Shown: piece by piece, positions 9,941-18,335 of the stretch | Position numbering within the stretch: position 1 is the stretch's first letter | Layout: each line of letters begins with the position of its first letter | NCBI GenBank assembly: GCA_963827655.1 | Contig: CAWHCF010000049.1 | Location: forward strand, 192,001 to 256,000 | Length of the DNA: 64,000 nt | From: an uncultured Acidobacteriota bacterium | GTDB taxonomy: Bacteria > Acidobacteriota > UBA6911 | Direction: 5' to 3' | Notes under the pieces: generated by a model | Told to the model about the DNA's origin: nothing | Database searches by the model: none | What the model saw: the letters and a program-made list of their open reading frames with translations, nothing else | Program-made: the position numbers and the translations under genes

Positions 9941-10276
9941 GCGATCCCCTTTGATGGCCTTGTCCATTTCCCGCCAGGACTTGAAGCGAAGCCGACCGCG
10001 GACCTTGGCCGAAGCCTGCTCGAATAGCGACTCTAGCTCTCTGTCTTCTCGAGCCCTCAGCTCCGGGTACTTTCCGGCGATCTCCTCTCGCCAGGAATCG
10101 TAGAGAGTCGTCGGGTACTCGGTTGCTTTGGGTTTGAGGTCTTCAGGATCGAAGGGCTTGACTGTCGCAACGGGCTTCGCCCTTCGCGTCACGATAAGGG
10201 TAGTTCCTCGCTCTATTTCCCGCAGCAACCGGGTTGCCTGATTCTTCAGCTCCCGCACTGATACAAACCTTGCCAT
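9935..10276 (-). CDS. Phd/YefM-family antitoxin (3' end disturbed, no stop at the expected site)
   Basis: MARFVSVRELKNQATRLLREIERGTTLIVTRRAKPVA is a typical Phd N-terminus. The end coordinate is approximate. Confidence 0.75.
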
Positions 10277-10861
10277 CGCCGCCTTCTCCAGTTGGCCACA
10301 ATTGTAGCTACCTGAGCGAATTGAGTCAAGTCGCATCGTAGCGGTCGATCGCTCGAGATCTGCGATACGAGCACAGGCCGCACTCCACGGCCTAGACGAC
10401 GTCGTCCCGACGCGCGAGCCTTCGGATGAGCAAGATTCCGAGCCGGAGGGTCCGATTACCTCGGATCGAGATCGTAATCCACTGGTTGCAGATCTTGATG
10501 CTGGCAGCGCCGGCGATGCCGAGGTAGTCTAATCATTCGGTCCGGCGATCGCAAACGAGCCTGCCTGGTACTCGGCGAAGACGCTTCGAAGTCGAAGCGT
10601 TTCAGGCAGGGAAGGGAAGAGCCGGCGGTGGTCTTCGAATCAGGGTGTGGTGAAATCAATTGCGGGGACGCCGGGCCGGGGAGGCTTCCTGTGCTCACCT
10701 TCCGGCCCGGCTCGCCTCGTCGTCCTCCCTCACGCCGACTCCCCCTAACCGGCGAGAAGAATTCATCGACGAAGGCGTCTCAACCCAAAAACAACGTGCG
10801 AACGATGCGTTCTTCCTGGCATCGCGTCCGCATGTTATGCAGCGATAACTCGATGGTGCGG

Positions 10862-11059
10862 TCAGTGAACTTCCGGATAAAATTCTCCCTGTTCCAAAAC
10901 TTCCTTGAAATTGAGAATCCCCCGGCTGCAGGAGGGACATTCTGCAACATGAAGCTCAAGCAACTGCTGCATCTCGGGGCTCAACCCGTGCGCCCGTATT
11001 TCGTAGCAGAGGAGATCCAGCAGCGTTTGTGTACACCCAGACGGTTCATGGAGCCGCAT
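10862..11059 (-). CDS. Stand-alone zf-HC2/ZAS-like mini-protein
   Basis: 65 aa containing LELHVAECPSC (HxxxCxxC), GGAGG RBS, no TM helix. Confidence 0.65.
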   Translation of the reverse strand: MRLHEPSGCTQTLLDLLCYEIRAHGLSPEMQQLLELHVAECPSCSRGILNFKEVLEQGEFYPEVH

Positions 11060-11195
11060 CGTTTCCTCCGAGCTCCGATAAAAGCTGTCTCTGTTGCTAC
11101 CGCCGATCAGCCCATTTTCTATTGACGATTGATGATTGAAATAATCCGTCAGTTCGAATACACCGCCAGTCTAAGGAATCTTATGAGGGATGCGT

Positions 11196-11678
11196 CTAGC
11201 GGCCCTCTGTCGATGAATCACTCCTGAAGTTGATTTTTAGGTAGATTTCGCCGTCCGTAACGTAAAGTTGAGCCAAGCCGTTCAGATCCTCTGAACGCAT
11301 CCGGCTTCGTGCAATCTGGTAAAATCGTGTTTCCTCGACTGCCACCAGATCTTCCTCCAGTATTCCGTGTTGCTCTCTGTCCAGCGACTTGCTGGAGACA
11401 CGCGATGAGGGAATCACGATCGCTACCTGCTTGCCGGGAAACATCGCATCGGAAAGGCGGTCGATGAACTGGCTGCGCGTCAGCCCCATGCGTTCGATCG
11501 CGCTCTCTGAGATCTCAAACTGGCTGTGACTCGCCAGTTCCCGTGATTGCGCATTGCGAGCGAAAACCATGGTTACAGCATCCAGGTGGCGGCAATCCGC
11601 CTCCCTGTGCCATGGCAAAGCCTGGAACTAAAGTAAGGTCAATACCCCTGCAAACAGCGCAGCCCCGCGGTTCTTCAT
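11196..11678 (-). CDS. Putative secreted hypothetical protein (reading frame interrupted near the 5' end)
   Basis: GGGAGG RBS and ATG at 11678 (MKNRGAALFAGVLTL). In-frame TAG at 11628-11630. A shifted frame continues LVPGFAMA-QGGGLPPPGCC, completing a signal peptide. Confidence 0.55.
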
Positions 11679-11783
11679 TTCGCCTCCCTGCGGATGACCA
11701 CGGGTAGTTGACGTTCAAGGATCAGCAGAGGTAAACTGTGCTCCGCTCAAACACTCTGGTCCCTACCCGAGCTGATTTGATCC

Positions 11784-11829
11784 AGGGCGCCGGGATTGCG
11801 GCAACAACCCCGGCGCCCTTGTCTTTTTT
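11784..11829 (+). terminator. Intrinsic terminator-like hairpin on the + strand
   Basis: AGGGCGCCGGG...CCCGGCGCCCT 11-bp stem followed by TGTCTTTTTT. Confidence 0.55.
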
Positions 11830-12035
11830 AGTGCCTATACGATCTCTCAATAACAAGAACGCAAAACAGAGGAATTTGCCTACCGAAGAAAATCATTTTT
11901 TTGCATCTTAGGTTGCAGTACTGCGGAGAAGGCAGTCAACTACCGTCTCGGTTAAGCCCAGCGCCCTCGAGCGGATAGACCGAACCGGCGAATCTGGAGT
12001 ACCAGGCGACCGCAAGGAAGCGCAGAAATCCTTAG

Positions 12036-15000
12036 CTACTGCGGATTGCCGACGAGTACAAAGGGAGTCCAATGAAGCGGTGGTGGATCGGAGGTGGAGA
12101 GGTTGCCCTTCAGGATGTAGAGTTGGGCCATCTGCAGCGCGCGCGCCTTCGAGATCGCCCCACGAGCCATGAATTCATAAAAGCGCATGTTGAGCGCCCG
12201 CGTGGCGGCGTCATCCACGGGCAGCAGGCTCACCAGGACCGTGGGAGCGCCGGCGTTGAGAAAGGCTGGAAGCAAACCCCAGGGCGTTTCGCCGTCGGCT
12301 CGAGGACCAACCCCGGTGCTGCAGCCGGCCAGATTGACCAGAAAACTTCTTGCCAGTCTCAGGTCTTCGATCTGGGCCGGCCGAAGATAAGTTTCTCCCC
12401 GAGGAGATTTAAAGACCAGACTCGGTCTCCCATCCACCGGCAGGGCGTGACCCGAGAAATGAATGATCTCCGCGTCTGCTGCGGCTTGGGCCAGCCGATC
12501 GAGATCTCTTCCGTCGACAAGGTGCGCGCCCAGACCGTAAAGCCTGCTCAAGTGGGCGATTTCTTCCGACGCACCGGCCAGATTTGACGTGCCGTCGAGA
12601 AGGAGCACACTGGCCCGACGCCCTGAAGAAATTTCTCTTTTCTTGGAGAGGCAGTAATTCAGGATGCTGCGCGATGGAGCGTAGGCGAGGGCGTGCTTTT
12701 CCAGAAGGTAAGGACCCGCCGGACTCTTCAGTCCGGCAAATGGCAGGGAATGTAGCGGGCCATCGGGCAGTATGACCAGGTGCTCGACCGTCTGGGATTC
12801 CAGCTGGGCCGCGACCGGTGCAATCAGATAATCATAGAGCTTGCGGGCAAGCGCTTCGAAGCGCGCTTTTCCGTTCTCCTGAATGCTCTCAAGGTATTGT
12901 TGTACTTGCCGGTTCAGTTCGGCGGCGGAAAGAGCAACAGCGGCGGCTTTGACTCCGTGACGACCGGTTCCGAATACGAAAAGCTCCTCGCTAGTGGAAA
13001 AATACTCGATGATAAACGTGTTGCCTTCAGGCAGGGTGAATTCCGGGCCACCCTTCGAGACAGCCGGACGGCCCAGGGCAGCGCGCGAAAGGCCTTCTTG
13101 TGCGCCCAGCTGTTCCTTGAGCGTCATCGACTTGGCGCGATCTACCCAGGCCAGAGCGGAGCGCGGGTCCTTTTGAGAGCGAATCACCACCGAGACCAGC
13201 CCCTGGTAAGGGTCGAAGCGTCGGATCAAAAAGCTCTGTCGTAGATTCCGGGCGACGTGCTTGCGCATTTCCTCCAAAACCTGAATTGCGTGCTCGTAGT
13301 GGTACAAGGCATCAGCGGAATTGCCCTCGAGCCGGCGGAGGTCTCCGGTGAGGCTATGAGCCTGCCAATCGAGTTCGGGGAATTCTCCGGAAGAAGTAAT
13401 AGACCGGCAGACACGCAGCTCCTCTCCGGCTTCCTCGAATTGCTTCCGGCGCATGTGGACTTGAGCCAGCCCAATGCGATTGCGCGCTTCCAGTTCGCGC
13501 ATTCCGCCTCCGGAAGAAACCAGGCTCTCCCTGAAGCGGGTTTCGGCGTCCGCCAGGTCATTCATTCTCAGGGCAAGGTCCCCGAGTTGGCAAAGGCGAT
13601 TGAGCCAGCGGGCTCGCAGGGCAGGCGCGGCCTGCATCGTACCCTCTTTTATGAAGCTTTCCTGCCTGGTCGTCGATTCCTGATAGAACGCACGTGCCTC
13701 CGGAAGCCGATCCTTTCGTTCCATGATCGCGCCAATGCTCTCGAGAGATTCGACCACAGTCTCTTCGTCCATCAGGCGATAACCTGCGGCCAATGCCTGG
13801 GTGAATTCGTCCAGGCTCTGGTCGAGCTTGTTCAAGTCCATATAGGCGGTTCCAAGGCCGTTGGAAGCGTACGCCCCCCAGGACTGCAATCCGTACATTG
13901 TGGACAGCTCTTTCATTCTAACCAGGCAAGGTATTGCCTTCTCGAAATCACGCTTTTCGAGGTGAGCGGAAGCCACGGCGCCTAGCGCCTTGGCGATCAG
14001 ATCCGGTGAGCCGGAGAGCTCCGCCGCTCGGAGCATTTTTTGGTATTCTGCCAGCGCGCTCGGGAAATCGGCCTTGCTGTAGTACCGCCAATTGCCGCGA
14101 AGGTGGTGCAGGTCGACGAGTTGCCAGTGATCCCGAAGGCTACCGAATCTTTCCTCCAGGAATTGGCTGTCTAGGAGGGCTGAGTGCAGGTCTTTCGACT
14201 GAATGTCTTCATGACGATGGGTATCGATTAGTTTCTGTAGTCTCGCATCCAGAGCTTTCTTTGCGCGCCGTCGGGGAGGGGAAAGGCCGGCGTAGAAGTC
14301 GAGCAGGCGCTGGTAAGTGCGATCACCGGTTACAGAACCGTACTCAGCCGTCAGGATGCCGGAAGCCCACCCCAAGTCTGGGGAACCGCGCTTTCCCTCA
14401 GGCGCCGTACCTTCGATCTGGAGGCTTCGCTTGAGCGAGTTCCGGATGGCATTCGGAATCTGGTAGGGAACCAGCCGAACCAGCCGCTCCAAGCCGGCGG
14501 CATCAAGGGTCATCGCGGCCCGGTTCACCTCTTTCTGGACGGCATCGGCTCGCGTCATCCGTATTCTCGCCTGGATCGCCCGGAGTTTTTCGGCCCATAT
14601 TGAAGTTGAGTCCCTGGAAAGATAGAGGTCAATCTCCGCCAAGGCTTCCTTGTGCCGCCCGTTGTCGTACAACGCGCGGGCCCGATCGAACCGGGCCTCG
14701 TCAGAACCTGGATTTTCCCGGAGCACCGCTTCGAAATCCTTGAGCGCTCGATCTATCTTGCTGGTACGCTCTACGGGGTCGCGAGATGCGAGCCCCTCCT
14801 CATAGAGAGCCACGCCTCGGCCGATCAGAGCCTGTTGATGGGTGCCTGTCTCAGCCAGAATCCGATCAAACTCCGCGCTTGCCTTCGAGAACTCTGATTT
14901 CGCGAGGTACACCGACCCAAGGCCTAACCGTGGTTCCAGCATGTTCTGCTGAAGGGCGAGGGCCTGGTAGAAGAGCTTTTCGGCTGTTTCCAGCGAGTCC

Positions 15001-15524
15001 TCGCCCGGCGAGCCGCGCCGGTTGGCCGAGGGCTGAAAGGGGAGGTTTAATCGCAAACCACTGGGACTCTGAGGCGCGTACGCTTCTTCCAGAGCGGCTC
15101 GGGCCTGCGCGCTGAAGGCATCAGCCTTGCTCCTGTTCCAGAAATAGACGGAGGCCAGCGAACCCGAGACTACAGCTGCTACGACGGCAGCCGCTACCGC
15201 TCCCCATCGGTACCATGCGCCGGAGAAAACGTAACGGCCCTTCCGGTTTCGTTCCTTCCAGGAGATCTGCCCGATTCTCGCGAGTGTTTCGTCGATTTCT
15301 TTTTTCGAAACTTCGCCGGTCGATTCGGCGCTTTCAGAGGGCTCGGGGTAAATAATCTTGATCAGCTCTCCGAGCTCAGAGGAGCACCGCGGACAGACGG
15401 ACAGGTGTGATTCGAGTTCGGCGGGAACTCTCGTTCCCGGATTATGCGTGACGTAGCTGTAAAAATCTTCCTCGTTCAAACAATGATCTTTTGTGACATG
15501 CGGGGCATTGATCTGGTTTTTCAT
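12036..15524 (-). CDS. Anti-sigma zinc finger - TM - TPR - CHAT (caspase-like) domain protein
   Basis: HLSVCPRC near the N-terminus, one TM helix, TPR-like helices, and CHAT motifs LYDYLIAP, PDGPLHSLPFAGL, IIHFSGH, LAGCSTG, FLNAGA and WTPFVLVG. Confidence 0.9.
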   Translation of the reverse strand: MKNQINAPHVTKDHCLNEEDFYSYVTHNPGTRVPAELESHLSVCPRCSSELGELIKIIYPEPSESAESTGEVSKKEIDETLARIGQISWKERNRKGRYVFSGAWYRWGAVAAAVVAAVVSGSLASVYFWNRSKADAFSAQARAALEEAYAPQSPSGLRLNLPFQPSANRRGSPGEDSLETAEKLFYQALALQQNMLEPRLGLGSVYLAKSEFSKASAEFDRILAETGTHQQALIGRGVALYEEGLASRDPVERTSKIDRALKDFEAVLRENPGSDEARFDRARALYDNGRHKEALAEIDLYLSRDSTSIWAEKLRAIQARIRMTRADAVQKEVNRAAMTLDAAGLERLVRLVPYQIPNAIRNSLKRSLQIEGTAPEGKRGSPDLGWASGILTAEYGSVTGDRTYQRLLDFYAGLSPPRRRAKKALDARLQKLIDTHRHEDIQSKDLHSALLDSQFLEERFGSLRDHWQLVDLHHLRGNWRYYSKADFPSALAEYQKMLRAAELSGSPDLIAKALGAVASAHLEKRDFEKAIPCLVRMKELSTMYGLQSWGAYASNGLGTAYMDLNKLDQSLDEFTQALAAGYRLMDEETVVESLESIGAIMERKDRLPEARAFYQESTTRQESFIKEGTMQAAPALRARWLNRLCQLGDLALRMNDLADAETRFRESLVSSGGGMRELEARNRIGLAQVHMRRKQFEEAGEELRVCRSITSSGEFPELDWQAHSLTGDLRRLEGNSADALYHYEHAIQVLEEMRKHVARNLRQSFLIRRFDPYQGLVSVVIRSQKDPRSALAWVDRAKSMTLKEQLGAQEGLSRAALGRPAVSKGGPEFTLPEGNTFIIEYFSTSEELFVFGTGRHGVKAAAVALSAAELNRQVQQYLESIQENGKARFEALARKLYDYLIAPVAAQLESQTVEHLVILPDGPLHSLPFAGLKSPAGPYLLEKHALAYAPSRSILNYCLSKKREISSGRRASVLLLDGTSNLAGASEEIAHLSRLYGLGAHLVDGRDLDRLAQAAADAEIIHFSGHALPVDGRPSLVFKSPRGETYLRPAQIEDLRLARSFLVNLAGCSTGVGPRADGETPWGLLPAFLNAGAPTVLVSLLPVDDAATRALNMRFYEFMARGAISKARALQMAQLYILKGNLSTSDPPPLHWTPFVLVGNPQ

Positions 15525-16255
15525 TGGATCGTAGCCTCCGAAGGCCCGGTTCCCGCAACATTCCTCAGACGATCCTTCAGTCGATTGAGGACTTTTTCAA
15601 CGCCCGGCTTGGATAGTTCGACCCCTTTGCACTGAGCGATCTGCGTGGTGGACAGGCCATAGGTAAAGTAAAGCTGGAAGATCAACTGGTCGCGAGCCGA
15701 CGATTCTCCGGAAGAATCACGGATCATCCTCATGCTTAGATCGGCAACTTCGCGAGCCAGGAGCTCGCGCTCCATCGACGCGTGTTTCGCGAAGCTGTCT
15801 GATACGTCGGTTCTCGACTCTGACAGGGAGGCCAGGGAAATCTGGGTATGGCTGATCGGGCGCTTGAGGGCTCTCTGGCGGCGCAAGAAATCTGAGACTA
15901 CTGATCGCGTGATGACCGCAAGGTAGGCCATGAACTCCTCTTCGGTGATGCCCGAAAACCGCCTCATGACGGAGCAGCCGTTTTGTACCAGGCGAACGAT
16001 CGTGTTCTGGAAAAGGTCGCTTTCCTGAAAGCCTCCGGACAGGAGAGGCGCGTCCGAAGGGCCGAAGGAGCCACCGCGGTTTTGCCGTAGCGTTCCTCGT
16101 ATGAAAGCCTTGATCTTAGGTGTAATACGGCGCAGCAGCTCGGACCAGAGAGCGGAATTTCCGGTGTCTTGTGCGCATAAAGACACCAGCTCGACAGTCT
16201 CGATGGCTATCGGGTCGTTACCGGGCACACGTTCTGCGACGACTTTGGCGGACAT
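15521..16255 (-). CDS. ECF-like sigma-70 factor
   Basis: Region 2 (SDLFQNTIVRL, FMAYLAVITRSVVSDFLRR) and region 4 (RDQLIFQLYFTYGLSTTQIA). ATGA overlap with the CHAT gene. Confidence 0.85.
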   Translation of the reverse strand: MSAKVVAERVPGNDPIAIETVELVSLCAQDTGNSALWSELLRRITPKIKAFIRGTLRQNRGGSFGPSDAPLLSGGFQESDLFQNTIVRLVQNGCSVMRRFSGITEEEFMAYLAVITRSVVSDFLRRQRALKRPISHTQISLASLSESRTDVSDSFAKHASMERELLAREVADLSMRMIRDSSGESSARDQLIFQLYFTYGLSTTQIAQCKGVELSKPGVEKVLNRLKDRLRNVAGTGPSEATIQ

Positions 16256-16330
16256 TCAAACGCTATTCTATATGGGTCTCGATTACTCCAGCAAGCAAGA
16301 TAATTCTGTCTTCACGGGAGCCCATGATTG

Positions 16331-17662
16331 CTAGATTTTTTCGAGATTGTAAGGGGCGCGATACTCCTTCATGAGATGTTTGTTCGCCTCGCGGTCGTTG
16401 ATGAATTCTTCTTTGGCCGCATCCCAGTAGAGCTTACGGCCGGTCTTCAGGGCTATGTTTCCCAGAATCGCGGCCGTGGTCGAGCGGTGGCAAATCTCAA
16501 CGTCGGCGTTGAGTGTCGCCTGGCCGCGCACGGCTTCAATGAAGTTTCGCACGTGGGGTGTTTCCTGATCCTGGCCGCGTCCTCGAATAGGGGCGGTGTT
16601 ATAGGAAAAGACCCCCTCGTCAACAGTCCCCTTGCGGGTCTCCCGGGGGAACAGTTCATACTGGCTGCGGTCGGCGTAGAGCGTGGCGTCGGTGCCATAA
16701 AACTGGAAGCCGCCGCCTTTCGCGTCGATACCGCGGCTTACGCACTGAGATATGGAGTAGACCAGGATCCAACCCGGATACTCGTAGATCACCTCAAGCG
16801 TGTCGGGTGTTTCACGGTTGTCCTGAAGGGCCAATTTGCCTCCCGACGCGCAGACAGAACTGGGCGCCTCAACGTGCATACATTGGTGAATGGTGTCGAT
16901 CCAGTGGACGCCCCAGTCCGTCATCAACCCGCCGGCGTAATCCCAGAACCAACGAAAATTTCCCCGCAAGAAGCGATTCGGGTTATATGGGACTTTGGCT
17001 GCCGGTCCAAGCCATGCATCCCAATCTAATCCGGGCGGTGGGTCTGTATCGGGTGGACAGCCGATTCCTGCGGGGTAAGAGTTCCCCATGTTCCACGCGC
17101 GGACCTGGCTGATCTCCCCCAGGACTCCACTTTGCACGAGCTGTTCGACCCGCTTGAAGTGAGGCCCCGAGCGATGCTGGGTTCCCGCCTGTACCAGCCG
17201 GTTGTATTTCCGGGCCGCTTCAACCATTTTGCGGCCCTCGCCGATACTCGTCGCCAACGGCTTTTCCACGTAAACGTGTTTTCCAGCCTGGCAGGCATGC
17301 ACCGTGGGAAGCGCGTGCCAATGATCGGGTGTTCCTATGATCACGGCATCGATATCCTTGCGCTCCAGGAGCTTTCGATAATCACTGTAAACTTCCGGTT
17401 TACCGCCTGAATCGGCGCATGCTTCATCCGCATAGGGTCGATAGACATCGCACACCGCGGCGACCTCGGCCCCCGACCGAACAAAAGACTGCATTACCCG
17501 TTTTCCCCTGGCGTGAGGCGGACCGCCGGGGCCGATGACTCCCAGGACGATCTTGTCGTTGGCGCCGAGAACGTTCCGCACTGCCGGCGCCGCAACCAGA
17601 CCCGATGCCAGCGCACTCGCGCTCCGGACGAAATCTCTGCGGCTAACCCTCGGTTTCTTCAT
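16331..17662 (-). CDS. Tat-exported Gfo/Idh/MocA oxidoreductase
   Basis: SRRDFV Tat motif, GAND, TPDHWHA, YVEKP and DWGVH. Confidence 0.92.
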   Translation of the reverse strand: MKKPRVSRRDFVRSASALASGLVAAPAVRNVLGANDKIVLGVIGPGGPPHARGKRVMQSFVRSGAEVAAVCDVYRPYADEACADSGGKPEVYSDYRKLLERKDIDAVIIGTPDHWHALPTVHACQAGKHVYVEKPLATSIGEGRKMVEAARKYNRLVQAGTQHRSGPHFKRVEQLVQSGVLGEISQVRAWNMGNSYPAGIGCPPDTDPPPGLDWDAWLGPAAKVPYNPNRFLRGNFRWFWDYAGGLMTDWGVHWIDTIHQCMHVEAPSSVCASGGKLALQDNRETPDTLEVIYEYPGWILVYSISQCVSRGIDAKGGGFQFYGTDATLYADRSQYELFPRETRKGTVDEGVFSYNTAPIRGRGQDQETPHVRNFIEAVRGQATLNADVEICHRSTTAAILGNIALKTGRKLYWDAAKEEFINDREANKHLMKEYRAPYNLEKI

Positions 17663-17677
17663 ATCACCCCTCCGGCT

Positions 17678-18094
17678 TCAAGACTGGATCATCTTACGGA
17701 CTTCCTCGATGTCGGTAGTCTCCGCCAGAATCAACTGACGTGCCATCTCCTCCAAGGCAACGTCCTCGGCCGCCAGCTCCATCAGGTGCTGGTATAGCTG
17801 GAGAGCGGCCTCCTCGAACGCCAGGCTCTCCTGGAGAATGTCGATCACTCCGTGCTTGTTGGTCTCCGGGACCGCATCCACCTTGAGCGTGGGATGGCCT
17901 CCGAGCGCGGTGATTTTCTCTCCTACGGTGATTGCGTGCGTCATGGCCTCGGAGGCCTGCGATCGAAAGAAGGTGGTCACAGGGATGCGATTCGGGCCGA
18001 AGAGCATAAAACTGTAGTGCAAATATCGAACGATTCCGGATAGTTCCGCCCGGAGGATCGCGTTTAATTGGTCGATAATCTCTTTTTTTTCCAT
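17678..18094 (-). CDS. Bacterioferritin / ferritin-like protein
   Basis: Four-helix bundle pattern AEL...EAMTH...LGGHP...FEE. Confidence 0.8.
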   Translation of the reverse strand: MEKKEIIDQLNAILRAELSGIVRYLHYSFMLFGPNRIPVTTFFRSQASEAMTHAITVGEKITALGGHPTLKVDAVPETNKHGVIDILQESLAFEEAALQLYQHLMELAAEDVALEEMARQLILAETTDIEEVRKMIQS

Positions 18095-18335
18095 GGTGAT
18101 CAGCGCTCTACCCTATTTTCATTTGAGTCAAAATGAAAGATCCGAGCCGGGCCCCGGCCCGGCTGGCTGAAAACGAAAATATCAACTTTGGGCTCAGCAT
18201 CAAAGGGAATTCTTGAATTGACAAACGGCAATCGACGAAAGACAAATGGACTTTGCATTGGTTGTTGGTCAATCTTCTTTGGATTGCCGCCCGACTCGAA
18301 ACGGGGCCCAATCCTGAACGCCTGGAAGGAGCTAC

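Noticed and set aside
9479-10336. 285-aa antitoxin fusion protein
   Set aside because: The C-terminal half is read-through across the disturbed toxin junction and lies antisense to the DUF4097 gene.
11628-11630. Amber read-through or recoding at the in-frame TAG
   Set aside because: TAG is used as a normal stop by many genes in the window, and the shifted frame gives a better signal peptide.
10862-16255. Type III-E CRISPR (Craspase) locus
   Set aside because: A TPR-CHAT and a sigma factor are present, but there is no Cas7-11 or other cas gene and no repeat-spacer array in the window.
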